Assembly: GCA_902605365.1 (NCBI GenBank)
Contig: CACLCM010000004.1
Span: 1,471-65,470, forward strand
DNA: 64,000 nucleotides
Source of the DNA: an uncultured Candidatus Poseidoniales archaeon
GTDB taxonomy: Archaea > Thermoplasmatota > Poseidoniia > Poseidoniales > Poseidoniaceae
Direction of reading: 5' to 3'
Shown: positions 10,317-18,018 of the stretch, one piece after another
Layout: every line of letters starts with the position of its first letter
How positions within the stretch are numbered: the stretch's first letter is position 1
Notes under the pieces: generated by a model
Seen by the model: only the letters and a program-made list of their open reading frames with translations
Database searches by the model: none
Told to the model about the DNA's origin: nothing
Made by a program: the position numbers and the translations under genes

Positions 10317-10519
10317 TGCGCAAGGCCATAGCACTAGTTTTACTACTTGCTCTTGGCACAATGCCTCTGCAAACTTCTGCTCAAGTATCAGTACCAGCAG
10401 TTGACCTACAATGTTCACATTCAGCCGATTTGGACAAACAAATCGAAGAACTTCAACAAAAGAAGAACGAGATGATTGCGCAAGAAGATGTCACCGAACA
10501 GATGTTCAATGATGACTGA
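10317..10519 (+). CDS. Short signal-peptide ORF, possibly a deletion remnant
   Basis: Signal peptide MRKAIALVLLLALG..SA, about 15 aa, then a charged coiled-coil-like tail. Confidence 0.45.
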
Positions 10520-10819
10520 TTATTCGAAGGCTGTGAAGGCACTGGCTGTTCTCGCCTTAGATCTGAGGAGCATCTTGCGGCGCATTTCTGCTTCGCGACG
10601 AGCTTTCAATTCACTCTTCATTCCAGGACAAGCAATCATACAAACGCCTAGTCCAAGAACCGCTCCACCTGTAAGTGAAATCCACATAGGAATTCCAAGG
10701 ATTAGTGCATTAGCACCTCCAGCAACTAGACCTATTGCAAGACCGATTCCGAGAGGCTTCTCGGCGATCCTCAACAGGGTAGCGCTGCCCTGAATTACTT
10801 CCTTCAATGGAGTAGTCAT
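10520..10819 (-). CDS. Small two-TM membrane protein
   Basis: Two Gly-rich hydrophobic segments and a basic C-terminal helix. Confidence 0.65.
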   Translation of the reverse strand: MTTPLKEVIQGSATLLRIAEKPLGIGLAIGLVAGGANALILGIPMWISLTGGAVLGLGVCMIACPGMKSELKARREAEMRRKMLLRSKARTASAFTAFE

Positions 10820-10921
10820 TTCAAAGAGAGTAATAAAGTCGGCTAATAAATTAACCTCCGGTAAAGATAAGCAATATATTGATTGTCAAACCAATAGGAA
10901 CCAACCAACTATGATGATAGT

Positions 10922-10982
10922 GATTTGAGGCAAGTTGGAAGTCATTTTTGAAAGCCTCAAATCGTGAGGTTTAAATGGCCTC
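10922..10982. promoter_or_regulatory. 10-bp inverted repeat just upstream of a TATA-like box
   Basis: GATTTGAGGC-N22-GCCTCAAATC (10922-10963), then TTTAAAT flanked by GAGG..CCTC, in a divergent intergenic region. Confidence 0.45.
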
Positions 10983-11055
10983 GCTGCAACATTAGGGGTA
11001 CCTTCTTAGGCCGTCGCATTAGCACGTACAAAAGTCGAAGACGGGGGTCAGGAAC

Positions 11056-11577
11056 ATGGCAAATGGAACAGCATATGATGAGATATTGGAAGTGAATTAC
11101 GAGTTTTACATTGTGGAGAATGAAATTGAAATGTCATTCGAAGATTTCCGTTGTGAAGTCGATGTCAAATACCGCAGAGAACACAACCAATTCCCTCTAT
11201 GGGATGACGAGATGGAAGACCGCTTAGACGATATTGCCGACGGAATCGGTAATGAATTCTTATCTGCGGCAATACAAGCAGCTGCTGAATTAGAATCTGG
11301 GTTTCAGCATGCCAAACTAAAGGAGAAGTTCCTTGGGCATGTCGAAGTCTTCCTGAGATGCAAGTCAATGGCATACGAACAAGAATATCCTCAAACTCGA
11401 CTCTTGAAAAGAAAGGACATCTGGAGCATACAAAAGCTCGACTTCGACCGCGATGAAATCTTCGTGGAAGATGCTTACATGGAGTTGTTTGAGGAACTTG
11501 TCGAGGAAGGTTACTTCAAACTGGTAGAATCAGGCGGAGACCATAAACATGACATCTTCCACGTGACTGAAGTCTGA
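11056..11577 (+). CDS. Acidic hypothetical protein
   Basis: 173-aa D/E-rich ORF with an upstream TATA-like element. Confidence 0.75.
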   Translation: MANGTAYDEILEVNYEFYIVENEIEMSFEDFRCEVDVKYRREHNQFPLWDDEMEDRLDDIADGIGNEFLSAAIQAAAELESGFQHAKLKEKFLGHVEVFLRCKSMAYEQEYPQTRLLKRKDIWSIQKLDFDRDEIFVEDAYMELFEELVEEGYFKLVESGGDHKHDIFHVTEV

Positions 11578-12621
11578 TCAATAAGCACGGTAATCCGTTA
11601 CTTTGAATCGATTTATCGACGATTGTGGAACAAGGAATGACTCATACAGGTTGGATTCCGCATTCTTTAGCGCAGTCGCATCTAGGCGTGTTGATTCTTT
11701 CATTATGCGCTTCCAAGCACATATACCTTCTATTCCCTCATTAACTCCACATGAATGTTGTAATTTTAGTGAATATATTTCCGCTTCAATTCTTGCCTTA
11801 GATTCTGCTTCATGTAATTCAAGCCATTCTTTGTGAAGAGTTTCAACCGAAGCGCTTCTGTTAACCATGGACTCTTTCACTGACTTCACTTCTGGCAACT
11901 TGGCTTTAGCAGCCTTACATTGTTCATTTGTCGTTGCGAAGGCGTTCACTGCAGTTGGTTTAGCTGTAATCTTGTAGCCACGTGAAAGTTTTGTTTCAGT
12001 AACTGTATATTTCGCTATTATTTCGGGGTGAGCTTTTGTGAACGAATCTTTGTCAAATGTAGGGTTACGATTAACTGTAGAATGAGTAGAAATATCTTCA
12101 ATTCCACCGTTGTCCAAAGTCAATGCACGCAATTTCACTGTACAGATATCTTGGTTGAGTTTACAAAGTACTCTTTCTTTTTCAAACTTAATGAAATTCT
12201 CATAGTCGCTTTTATTCTGAGGAGTAGGTTCGACAAGTTTTCCGTTGGACTCTACATCCTTCAAGTCAATTAACTCAGACGCTTCTGGTTGAACTGTATT
12301 CAGTAATTCATTCACACGAATTGCTTCTTCAACAACCTCATCTAATTCAGCTTGATCAAGGTGAAACCATTCACCATGTACTCTTTTTGTTGCGAATCGG
12401 TGATGCATGTAGGTTTCTAAATCATCAATAAAGTGAGTCCTTATGCTCGGCACTACCTCAATGATATCCCTAGGGTTGCCAGTCTGATGGTCATTCATTC
12501 TTGCAGCCACTGGACGGTCATGGTCTGTTTTTCCAATCTTCACATAGCCGAATGATTCACCGGTTTTGAAATCGGTTTCGCCCAAAAAATAGAGCCACCC
12601 TGCCTTGTTGGTTAGTGCCAT
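11578..12621 (-). CDS. T5orf172/MUG113-like GIY-YIG nuclease-domain protein
   Basis: LYFL..YVKIGKT..R...QTGNP..LETYMHHRF..RVHGEWF; coiled-coil C-terminal half. Confidence 0.8.
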   Translation of the reverse strand: MALTNKAGWLYFLGETDFKTGESFGYVKIGKTDHDRPVAARMNDHQTGNPRDIIEVVPSIRTHFIDDLETYMHHRFATKRVHGEWFHLDQAELDEVVEEAIRVNELLNTVQPEASELIDLKDVESNGKLVEPTPQNKSDYENFIKFEKERVLCKLNQDICTVKLRALTLDNGGIEDISTHSTVNRNPTFDKDSFTKAHPEIIAKYTVTETKLSRGYKITAKPTAVNAFATTNEQCKAAKAKLPEVKSVKESMVNRSASVETLHKEWLELHEAESKARIEAEIYSLKLQHSCGVNEGIEGICAWKRIMKESTRLDATALKNAESNLYESFLVPQSSINRFKVTDYRAY

Positions 12622-12677
12622 AAGCCTCACATCTCGCTGCTCATAGCCCTACATAGAAGATGCGGTATGATGAATGC

Positions 12678-14114
12678 CTAAACTACAGAGACTTCTGAGT
12701 TTCTACCACTGTCTTGATTTAGACCAGGAGTTGGCTTGTAAGCCATACCTCTGCGCTGAAGAACATCCTTCAATCCGAACTCTAAATCGGCGACCTCGAT
12801 TTCTTCTCTCTCGTTAGAAATCACTTCAATCATCGCTGTTTGAACAACTTCTCTAATCCAAGCTCCTGAAAGTCCCTTAGACTTAGATGCGATGCTATCG
12901 ATGCCCTTTCCGGTATGGACCTTAGTAGGCATATTGCGCAACAAGTTCTGAATGATTTGCTTGCGTTGATTCTTATCTGGGAGTGGTACTTCGATGATGC
13001 GGTCAAAGCGGCCAGGACGGTCTGAAATTGCAGGGTCGATGTTCTCGGTGTGATTTGTTGTTGCAAGAATGACAATTCCATTGTTAGGCTCCATGCCATC
13101 CATTGCCTGCAGGTATTCTCCAAGAATAGGGTGGTCGGTGAACTTTCTACTGACTGTTCCAGCAGTATCTATGTCTTCGATGATAACCAAAGTAGGCGAT
13201 AGACGGCGAGCAAGTTTGAATGCTGTCTTTACATCATGACGCTGCTGAATCATTTCTGCGGAGATTAGGATAGTTGTAGTCTCGGCTTCTGCTGCAAGAG
13301 ACTTGGCATACATCGTCTTACCAGTACCTGGTGCACCAGAAAGAATAACTCCTCGAGAATTAGGCAGCCCTCTATCACCAAGAATCGGCATAAGGCGCAA
13401 GAAGTCAAGGACATCTTTCTTGAGTTGAGAACGGATAGTTGGATTCCAAGCTAGCAATTCATCTACCATTTCGCTACGCTTCATGAAGTTGTAACTCATG
13501 TCAAAGAAAGCACCATTCAATGGACCATTGGCATAGAAATCTTCTTCCAATTCATCGAGTAGTTCAACACCACGTCCTTCAGTATTAGTGATGAAAACAA
13601 TACGCTGATCTCCATCTTGGTCCTGTGACAAGATGATTGCAAAGCGTTCACCATCACGCTCATAGAATCTGTAACCTGATTGAATAAAACGCTTGGAACC
13701 TTGGTCACCAAGTTGGAGATTGCCATAAGTTGCTTGAGTTTCCATCTTTCCTTCTAGGTCGAACTCTTTGACCAGGTCCTTAGGGGAATAGAAGTCATCG
13801 ATATGCAACTTGATTAGCGAGCCCAAGTTATTGTTCCAATATCTGAAGTCCATGTGGTCTTCTCCGCCAATGAATTCTCTAGTCATTTTACGAGCAAGGG
13901 AGAAATTTGGAGGATTTACCTTTTCCTTAGCAGCCTTCTTCTTAGCTTCGTATTCTTCTAAGTCAACCTCGAATTTACCGAAAGGTGTGTTAACTGTAAA
14001 GGTTGAAGCATCATTGGAATCTTCTTCCATATAATCGACATCATCACCTAATGCTCTAACTTCTTCCAATAAATCATCTAATTCGCTCAATGCATCTTCT
14101 ACTCTTCTATCCAT
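12678..14114 (-). CDS. Single-domain AAA+ ATPase (classical AAA clade)
   Basis: GAPGTGKT, IIEDID, ATTNH, RPGRFDR. GGTGA SD upstream of the ATG at 14114. Confidence 0.88.
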   Translation of the reverse strand: MDRRVEDALSELDDLLEEVRALGDDVDYMEEDSNDASTFTVNTPFGKFEVDLEEYEAKKKAAKEKVNPPNFSLARKMTREFIGGEDHMDFRYWNNNLGSLIKLHIDDFYSPKDLVKEFDLEGKMETQATYGNLQLGDQGSKRFIQSGYRFYERDGERFAIILSQDQDGDQRIVFITNTEGRGVELLDELEEDFYANGPLNGAFFDMSYNFMKRSEMVDELLAWNPTIRSQLKKDVLDFLRLMPILGDRGLPNSRGVILSGAPGTGKTMYAKSLAAEAETTTILISAEMIQQRHDVKTAFKLARRLSPTLVIIEDIDTAGTVSRKFTDHPILGEYLQAMDGMEPNNGIVILATTNHTENIDPAISDRPGRFDRIIEVPLPDKNQRKQIIQNLLRNMPTKVHTGKGIDSIASKSKGLSGAWIREVVQTAMIEVISNEREEIEVADLEFGLKDVLQRRGMAYKPTPGLNQDSGRNSEVSVV

Positions 14115-14174
14115 ATTTCTCACCTTATTCTTCTATTTGTGACCCGAAATTACCCAAGTCCAAGTATTGGACTA

Positions 14175-14233
14175 TCGCAACAAAAATACAGTTTGTCAGG
14201 AGTCATATAAACCCTGACAATTGTATGTTGCGA
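14175..14233 (-). promoter_or_regulatory. AAA-gene promoter inside a long imperfect inverted repeat
   Basis: TCGCAAC..ATACA..TTGTCAGG-N12-CCTGACAA.TGTAT.GTTGCGA. The spacer carries TTTATAT on the minus strand. Confidence 0.6.
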
Positions 14234-14274
14234 AGTAAATCTTCGGGAAAATGAATAATGGAATTTGGAAGTGT

Positions 14275-14358
14275 TGAGGCGAACACAGGGCCGAAGCCCT
14301 GTGTCCGCCAGAATCCCTCACATCTCAGTGAGGTGTTACGAACTCAAAGTCCGAAGTG
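14275..14358. repeat. 84-bp direct repeat, copy 1 (att-like displaced gene end)
   Basis: Identical to 17340-17423 on base-by-base comparison. Confidence 0.95.
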
Positions 14359-14396
14359 ATCTTGACTAGTTTGCTCTTCTCTTTTCGGACGGCAGA

Positions 14397-14675
14397 TTAA
14401 GTCATGGATCCTTGGCCTAACATTTTGAGAAACTCTAGAAACTTTGAACCATCAGGTTGATTCTTAATGATGTACATTCTGAAATCGATTTCATCGGCAT
14501 CCAATCCCCCTGAAACTATTTCTTTAAACGCTCTCTTTGCAGGAGTTTCAGGGTTATATTTACCTGAACGCTTCCCTGACTTGTGATCGAAATACTCCTT
14601 AATTAGAGAGTCTCTATAGGCTACGCACATGCAACATTCACAATCCGAACCGTTATTATGCTTCACAGATAACAC
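14397..14675 (-). CDS. Small Cys-cluster hypothetical protein
   Basis: CECCMC motif; overlaps the 3' end of the upstream islet ORF. Confidence 0.5.
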   Translation of the reverse strand: MLSVKHNNGSDCECCMCVAYRDSLIKEYFDHKSGKRSGKYNPETPAKRAFKEIVSGGLDADEIDFRMYIIKNQPDGSKFLEFLKMLGQGSMT

Positions 14676-15183
14676 CTGAGGCTAGAAATGACTGATATTT
14701 TTCCAAATAGTATTCATCATTGGAAAAGGTATCTTCTGCAGCTTCGAAAGCACCTTTCAGAACAAATTTGCTGTAAATGAAGCTTTGCTCTGCATCTTTC
14801 GCAATAATATTTTCTAACTCAGTGATTGGGTTATTCAATTCTAAACAGATTAAAGTGGCATAGAACGGTCCGTCAGGGCTCCATTGAAACAACTCAAGTT
14901 GGGATTCTACCAACTTTGTTGGGTCAACATTCAGCTTGACGTAATTCTTGACCATTGTGAAGAGTACAGCCATTGGAGTCCAAGCTGCCTGCCCAGGATG
15001 GAATGTTCTTGTGCCCAACAGTGGGTGCTTTGCATCATCTGAATCTGCCCATATCTTACGGTCATCCAGCTTATGGTTTGGGAACGATTCCCATACCTGC
15101 TTCTTTCGTTCTTTATCAGCAATGGCGGCTTGATAAGCCTCCATCGCCTCGCTCTGGTTTACATTTTGCAATTCTTGTCGCAT
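14656..15183 (-). CDS. Hypothetical protein with helical-repeat-like C-terminus
   Basis: 175-aa ORF with GAGGTG SD and an upstream TTTATAT box at about 15222-15228. Confidence 0.7.
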   Translation of the reverse strand: MRQELQNVNQSEAMEAYQAAIADKERKKQVWESFPNHKLDDRKIWADSDDAKHPLLGTRTFHPGQAAWTPMAVLFTMVKNYVKLNVDPTKLVESQLELFQWSPDGPFYATLICLELNNPITELENIIAKDAEQSFIYSKFVLKGAFEAAEDTFSNDEYYLEKYQSFLASGVICEA

Positions 15184-15497
15184 TATAGCACCTCTGGCAA
15201 CCCTGCCGACCTACCCCCCCCATATAAACACCTCGATTCGTATCGAGTGTTGATTCAATTTATTAGCACAAATTTTCTATTTTGCCTCTAAAAAGTAGTA
15301 ACAAGTATAATTTTATTTGCAGTATTTACATAGTTAGAAAGGCATGCTTTTTTCAAAATTACTTCCTAGACATCGATTTTGAACCCAATCATGATTTCCT
15401 TGCTAATTAATTCGTGAATTTATGAATATATTAATATTTGTAACTTTTTCCATGAAGAAATAGTAATATTTATTTATAGCCGAAACTAGGATGTATT

Positions 15498-17303
15498 ATG
15501 TCTAATATTGACGCCGAACGGGTGTACTGCCCCAAGCGGAGAGGGAAGTACCTAGAAGAAATCCTAGACGAGATTGCTGAGAGATTCAAAAAAGATCCAA
15601 AAATCACTCTGAAAAATGCCCTTAACAATAATGGAGAATTCGACATAGATTTGTTTAGCAAAATATTTGTGTGTTTAAGACAGATGACAAAGAAAAGTGT
15701 GAAAGAAGAATGCAAGGTATGGGATCACAAAAGAGATAGACATCAACTCAAAGATTGGGATAATTACAAATCAGGTTCATTGCCAAACTTTCTTAGAAAT
15801 TTGTACATAGAAATAGAAAAGTTGAGGAACCCTCGTGGGAAATTCAAGAAATGCTCAACTTGTAATGAAGAGAATAAAGAAATGAAGATTATCGAAGAAA
15901 CTCAAAAGGTCATGGATATTTGCCTAGAATGTTGTGAGGAAGAAAGGATATCTGGAGAAGATTTAGCGCGATATGAGAGAACTGCAAAGGTAATTGATGA
16001 CGAAGAACGCTTCCCAGAGAAAACTGGGATTTTAGAAATCTTGGATATGGAAAATGCGCCAGCGTGGATCAAACTAATCGTCGTAACAGACTTCATGCGA
16101 AGGAGAAACATGAACGCTTTTGGGAGAGAATTGTTTGCCAAAGAACAATCTTGTGTAAAAGTGGACATTGGTAGTGCAATTGAGAAAGCAAACCATTACT
16201 TCAACAACCTAACAAACGAAAAAGAGCATTATAGCAAAGATGATTTCTATAATGAGAAAATAGCAAAAACCGCATATCAAACTCAGAAAATGCTTTGCGA
16301 TTCGAGATGGAAAAAAGAGCCATATCAAGTCATTCATGACGCAATGCAAGTTGCTGAAGCAACTACAAAAATAGAAAATGATGTTAGGTCCACAGTGATG
16401 TATGCCTGGGCAAATTATGTTATATGTAGAGCTTATGTATGTATTGGTGATGAAAGGAAAAGGAAAATGTTTTATTATAATGTAGAGGGCATATGTAAGA
16501 TTGAGAAAACATACGAATCAGGATTGGATGAATATTTTAAAAATTTCCACCTTATTGATGGAAATGATACTGATGACGATATGAAAGTGGAAATACAAAA
16601 CGAAAAACTTTGGAAACTCAATGAGAGTCACAAAAAAATGTTTGAAAAGAAAGATGAGGAATATGTAATGCACCACAAACACGAGAAAATCAGTGGAGTT
16701 AAGTCTGAACCTTGGCTGATAAATAGCCAAGAAGTGTACAAATTGATTCTAGGAAAAGACGATGCTGACAAACTCATAAAGAAATCTGATCAAGGTAGAC
16801 CGGTTGAACTTTTCAAAACACGCCGTGAAATCAAATCGAGTGATTATGACAAATCAGGATTATTCAAAGTTTTGTTGGATTTAAACTTCAATCTTATGCG
16901 CTCTACTTTAGAACATTTAAGTCAAGTAAAATCAATGATTCGTTTGCCAACCAAACGATTAGTTATTCGAGATTGTTTGCTTATGTTCTCCAAACAAGTG
17001 AATAAAAATACAGATGATAGAGAAAATGAACTTATTAAAAAATACTTGAAGGATATCGGATCGCTAATTAACGAAAAGATGGATATCGGATATTTTTTGT
17101 CAAATCATCGTGCAGATTACGTACGAATTAGTGAAAGTTTGGGTAAGATTCGTTCTCCGGATAATGCGAGTGTTTTCGATGGGAAATGGGTTGCTGGGCA
17201 AATCAATCAATTAATGGCAAAAGAAATAATGAGCGATGAGGCGGTTAAGCTCCACTTCCCTCAAGGGAAAAGAAGGTTGGCAAGCCAGCCAGGTTACAAT
17301 TGA
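15498..17303 (+). CDS. AT-rich, Lys-rich hypothetical protein with putative Zn finger and helical region
   Basis: 601-aa ORF; CSTC...CLECC; A-rich codon use unlike the flanking genes. Confidence 0.75.
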   Translation: MSNIDAERVYCPKRRGKYLEEILDEIAERFKKDPKITLKNALNNNGEFDIDLFSKIFVCLRQMTKKSVKEECKVWDHKRDRHQLKDWDNYKSGSLPNFLRNLYIEIEKLRNPRGKFKKCSTCNEENKEMKIIEETQKVMDICLECCEEERISGEDLARYERTAKVIDDEERFPEKTGILEILDMENAPAWIKLIVVTDFMRRRNMNAFGRELFAKEQSCVKVDIGSAIEKANHYFNNLTNEKEHYSKDDFYNEKIAKTAYQTQKMLCDSRWKKEPYQVIHDAMQVAEATTKIENDVRSTVMYAWANYVICRAYVCIGDERKRKMFYYNVEGICKIEKTYESGLDEYFKNFHLIDGNDTDDDMKVEIQNEKLWKLNESHKKMFEKKDEEYVMHHKHEKISGVKSEPWLINSQEVYKLILGKDDADKLIKKSDQGRPVELFKTRREIKSSDYDKSGLFKVLLDLNFNLMRSTLEHLSQVKSMIRLPTKRLVIRDCLLMFSKQVNKNTDDRENELIKKYLKDIGSLINEKMDIGYFLSNHRADYVRISESLGKIRSPDNASVFDGKWVAGQINQLMAKEIMSDEAVKLHFPQGKRRLASQPGYN

Positions 17304-17339
17304 TTACCGGTTTGTCAAAATTACGCTATTGTAGAGTAG

Positions 17340-17423
17340 TGAGGCGAACACAGGGCCGAAGCCCTGTGTCCGCCAGAATCCCTCACATCTCAGTGAGGTG
17401 TTACGAACTCAAAGTCCGAAGTG
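17340..17423. repeat. 84-bp direct repeat, copy 2 (ORF end HFGL-stop plus two hairpins)
   Basis: Minus strand reads CAC TTC GGA CTT TGA, then hairpins CCUCAC/GUGAGG and GGCGGACACAGGGC-UUCG-GCCCUGUGUUCGCC. Confidence 0.95.
17343..17374 (-). terminator. 14-bp cUUCGg hairpin 3' of the basic-protein gene (3'-end or stability element)
   Basis: The stem is fully paired on the minus strand (one G-U) but has an A-C mismatch on the plus strand. No U-tract follows. Confidence 0.5.
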
Positions 17424-17756
17424 CTCACGTGCCACGGCTCTGAAATGAGACATGTGCGCACGGTGCCTAGCAACAAAGTGGTGTGGTATGACACGGTCCC
17501 ATGTTCCAGTAGTCTCGTTCCAGACCTTGTCCCATGTAAGCGTGGACAGTTCAGCCAGCAAACGCTCGTTGACCAGTTCTATCTTCTCTGGTGTCTCACA
17601 GCAAGGCTTGCGTGGACGTGAAAGAACCATCATAGCCGGTTTACGACTGGTTGCAACTCTACTCCTTTGTTTCTTACCTTCGTTCTTAGGATGGGTCTTG
17701 ACGACGCCTCCCGTTACACGGTCTTTGCCGTTGTGTGCTCTCTTGTGGTGCTTCAT
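17409..17756 (-). CDS. Small very basic His/Lys/Arg-rich protein
   Basis: 115-aa ORF with a purine-rich SD-like GGGAGAG, TATA box TTTAAGTA at 17883-17890 and a downstream hairpin. Confidence 0.65.
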   Translation of the reverse strand: MKHHKRAHNGKDRVTGGVVKTHPKNEGKKQRSRVATSRKPAMMVLSRPRKPCCETPEKIELVNERLLAELSTLTWDKVWNETTGTWDRVIPHHFVARHRAHMSHFRAVAREHFGL

Positions 17757-17860
17757 AATTTTCTAACTCTCCCTTTACTCCAATAGCTTCGGCGGATTTT
17801 CGAGCCCGTAGGCCATCCGCTTGCCAAAATGGTGATCAGAGGTTAGAGTGCTTGCGCCAC
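17757..17860 (-). promoter_or_regulatory. Structured 5' leader of about 100 nt
   Basis: Nested stems UCUAACCUCU/AGAGUUAGA, GCGGAU/AUCCGC and GGCC-UACG-GGCU (UNCG loop). Confidence 0.5.
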
Positions 17861-18018
17861 ATACTACTACTCGACGGCGTGTTACTTAAACCGAACGATG
17901 GGTATACCCTTTACTGCGTATCATTTTGTGATAAATTTAGAACGATTTTGCAAAAATCATTCAACCGGCACTATCATGAATGGGTTACCTTTCATGATTG
18001 GAGAGAGGAGCGCAGGTT

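Larger units (their letters stand above)
14275..17423. mobile_element. Direct-repeat-bounded genomic islet without integrase
   Basis: 84-bp flanking repeats, three ORFs of unknown function, visibly AT-rich from about 15240 to 17330. Confidence 0.65.

Noticed and set aside
14275-17423. 84-bp repeat as a CRISPR array, IS ends or hammerhead ribozyme
   Set aside because: There are only two copies, 3 kb apart and in direct orientation. No cas or transposase gene is present, and I found no CUGANGA/GAAA core.
17340-17870. RNase P RNA, SRP RNA or tRNA as the integration target
   Set aside because: I could not find their conserved motifs or a cloverleaf on either strand.
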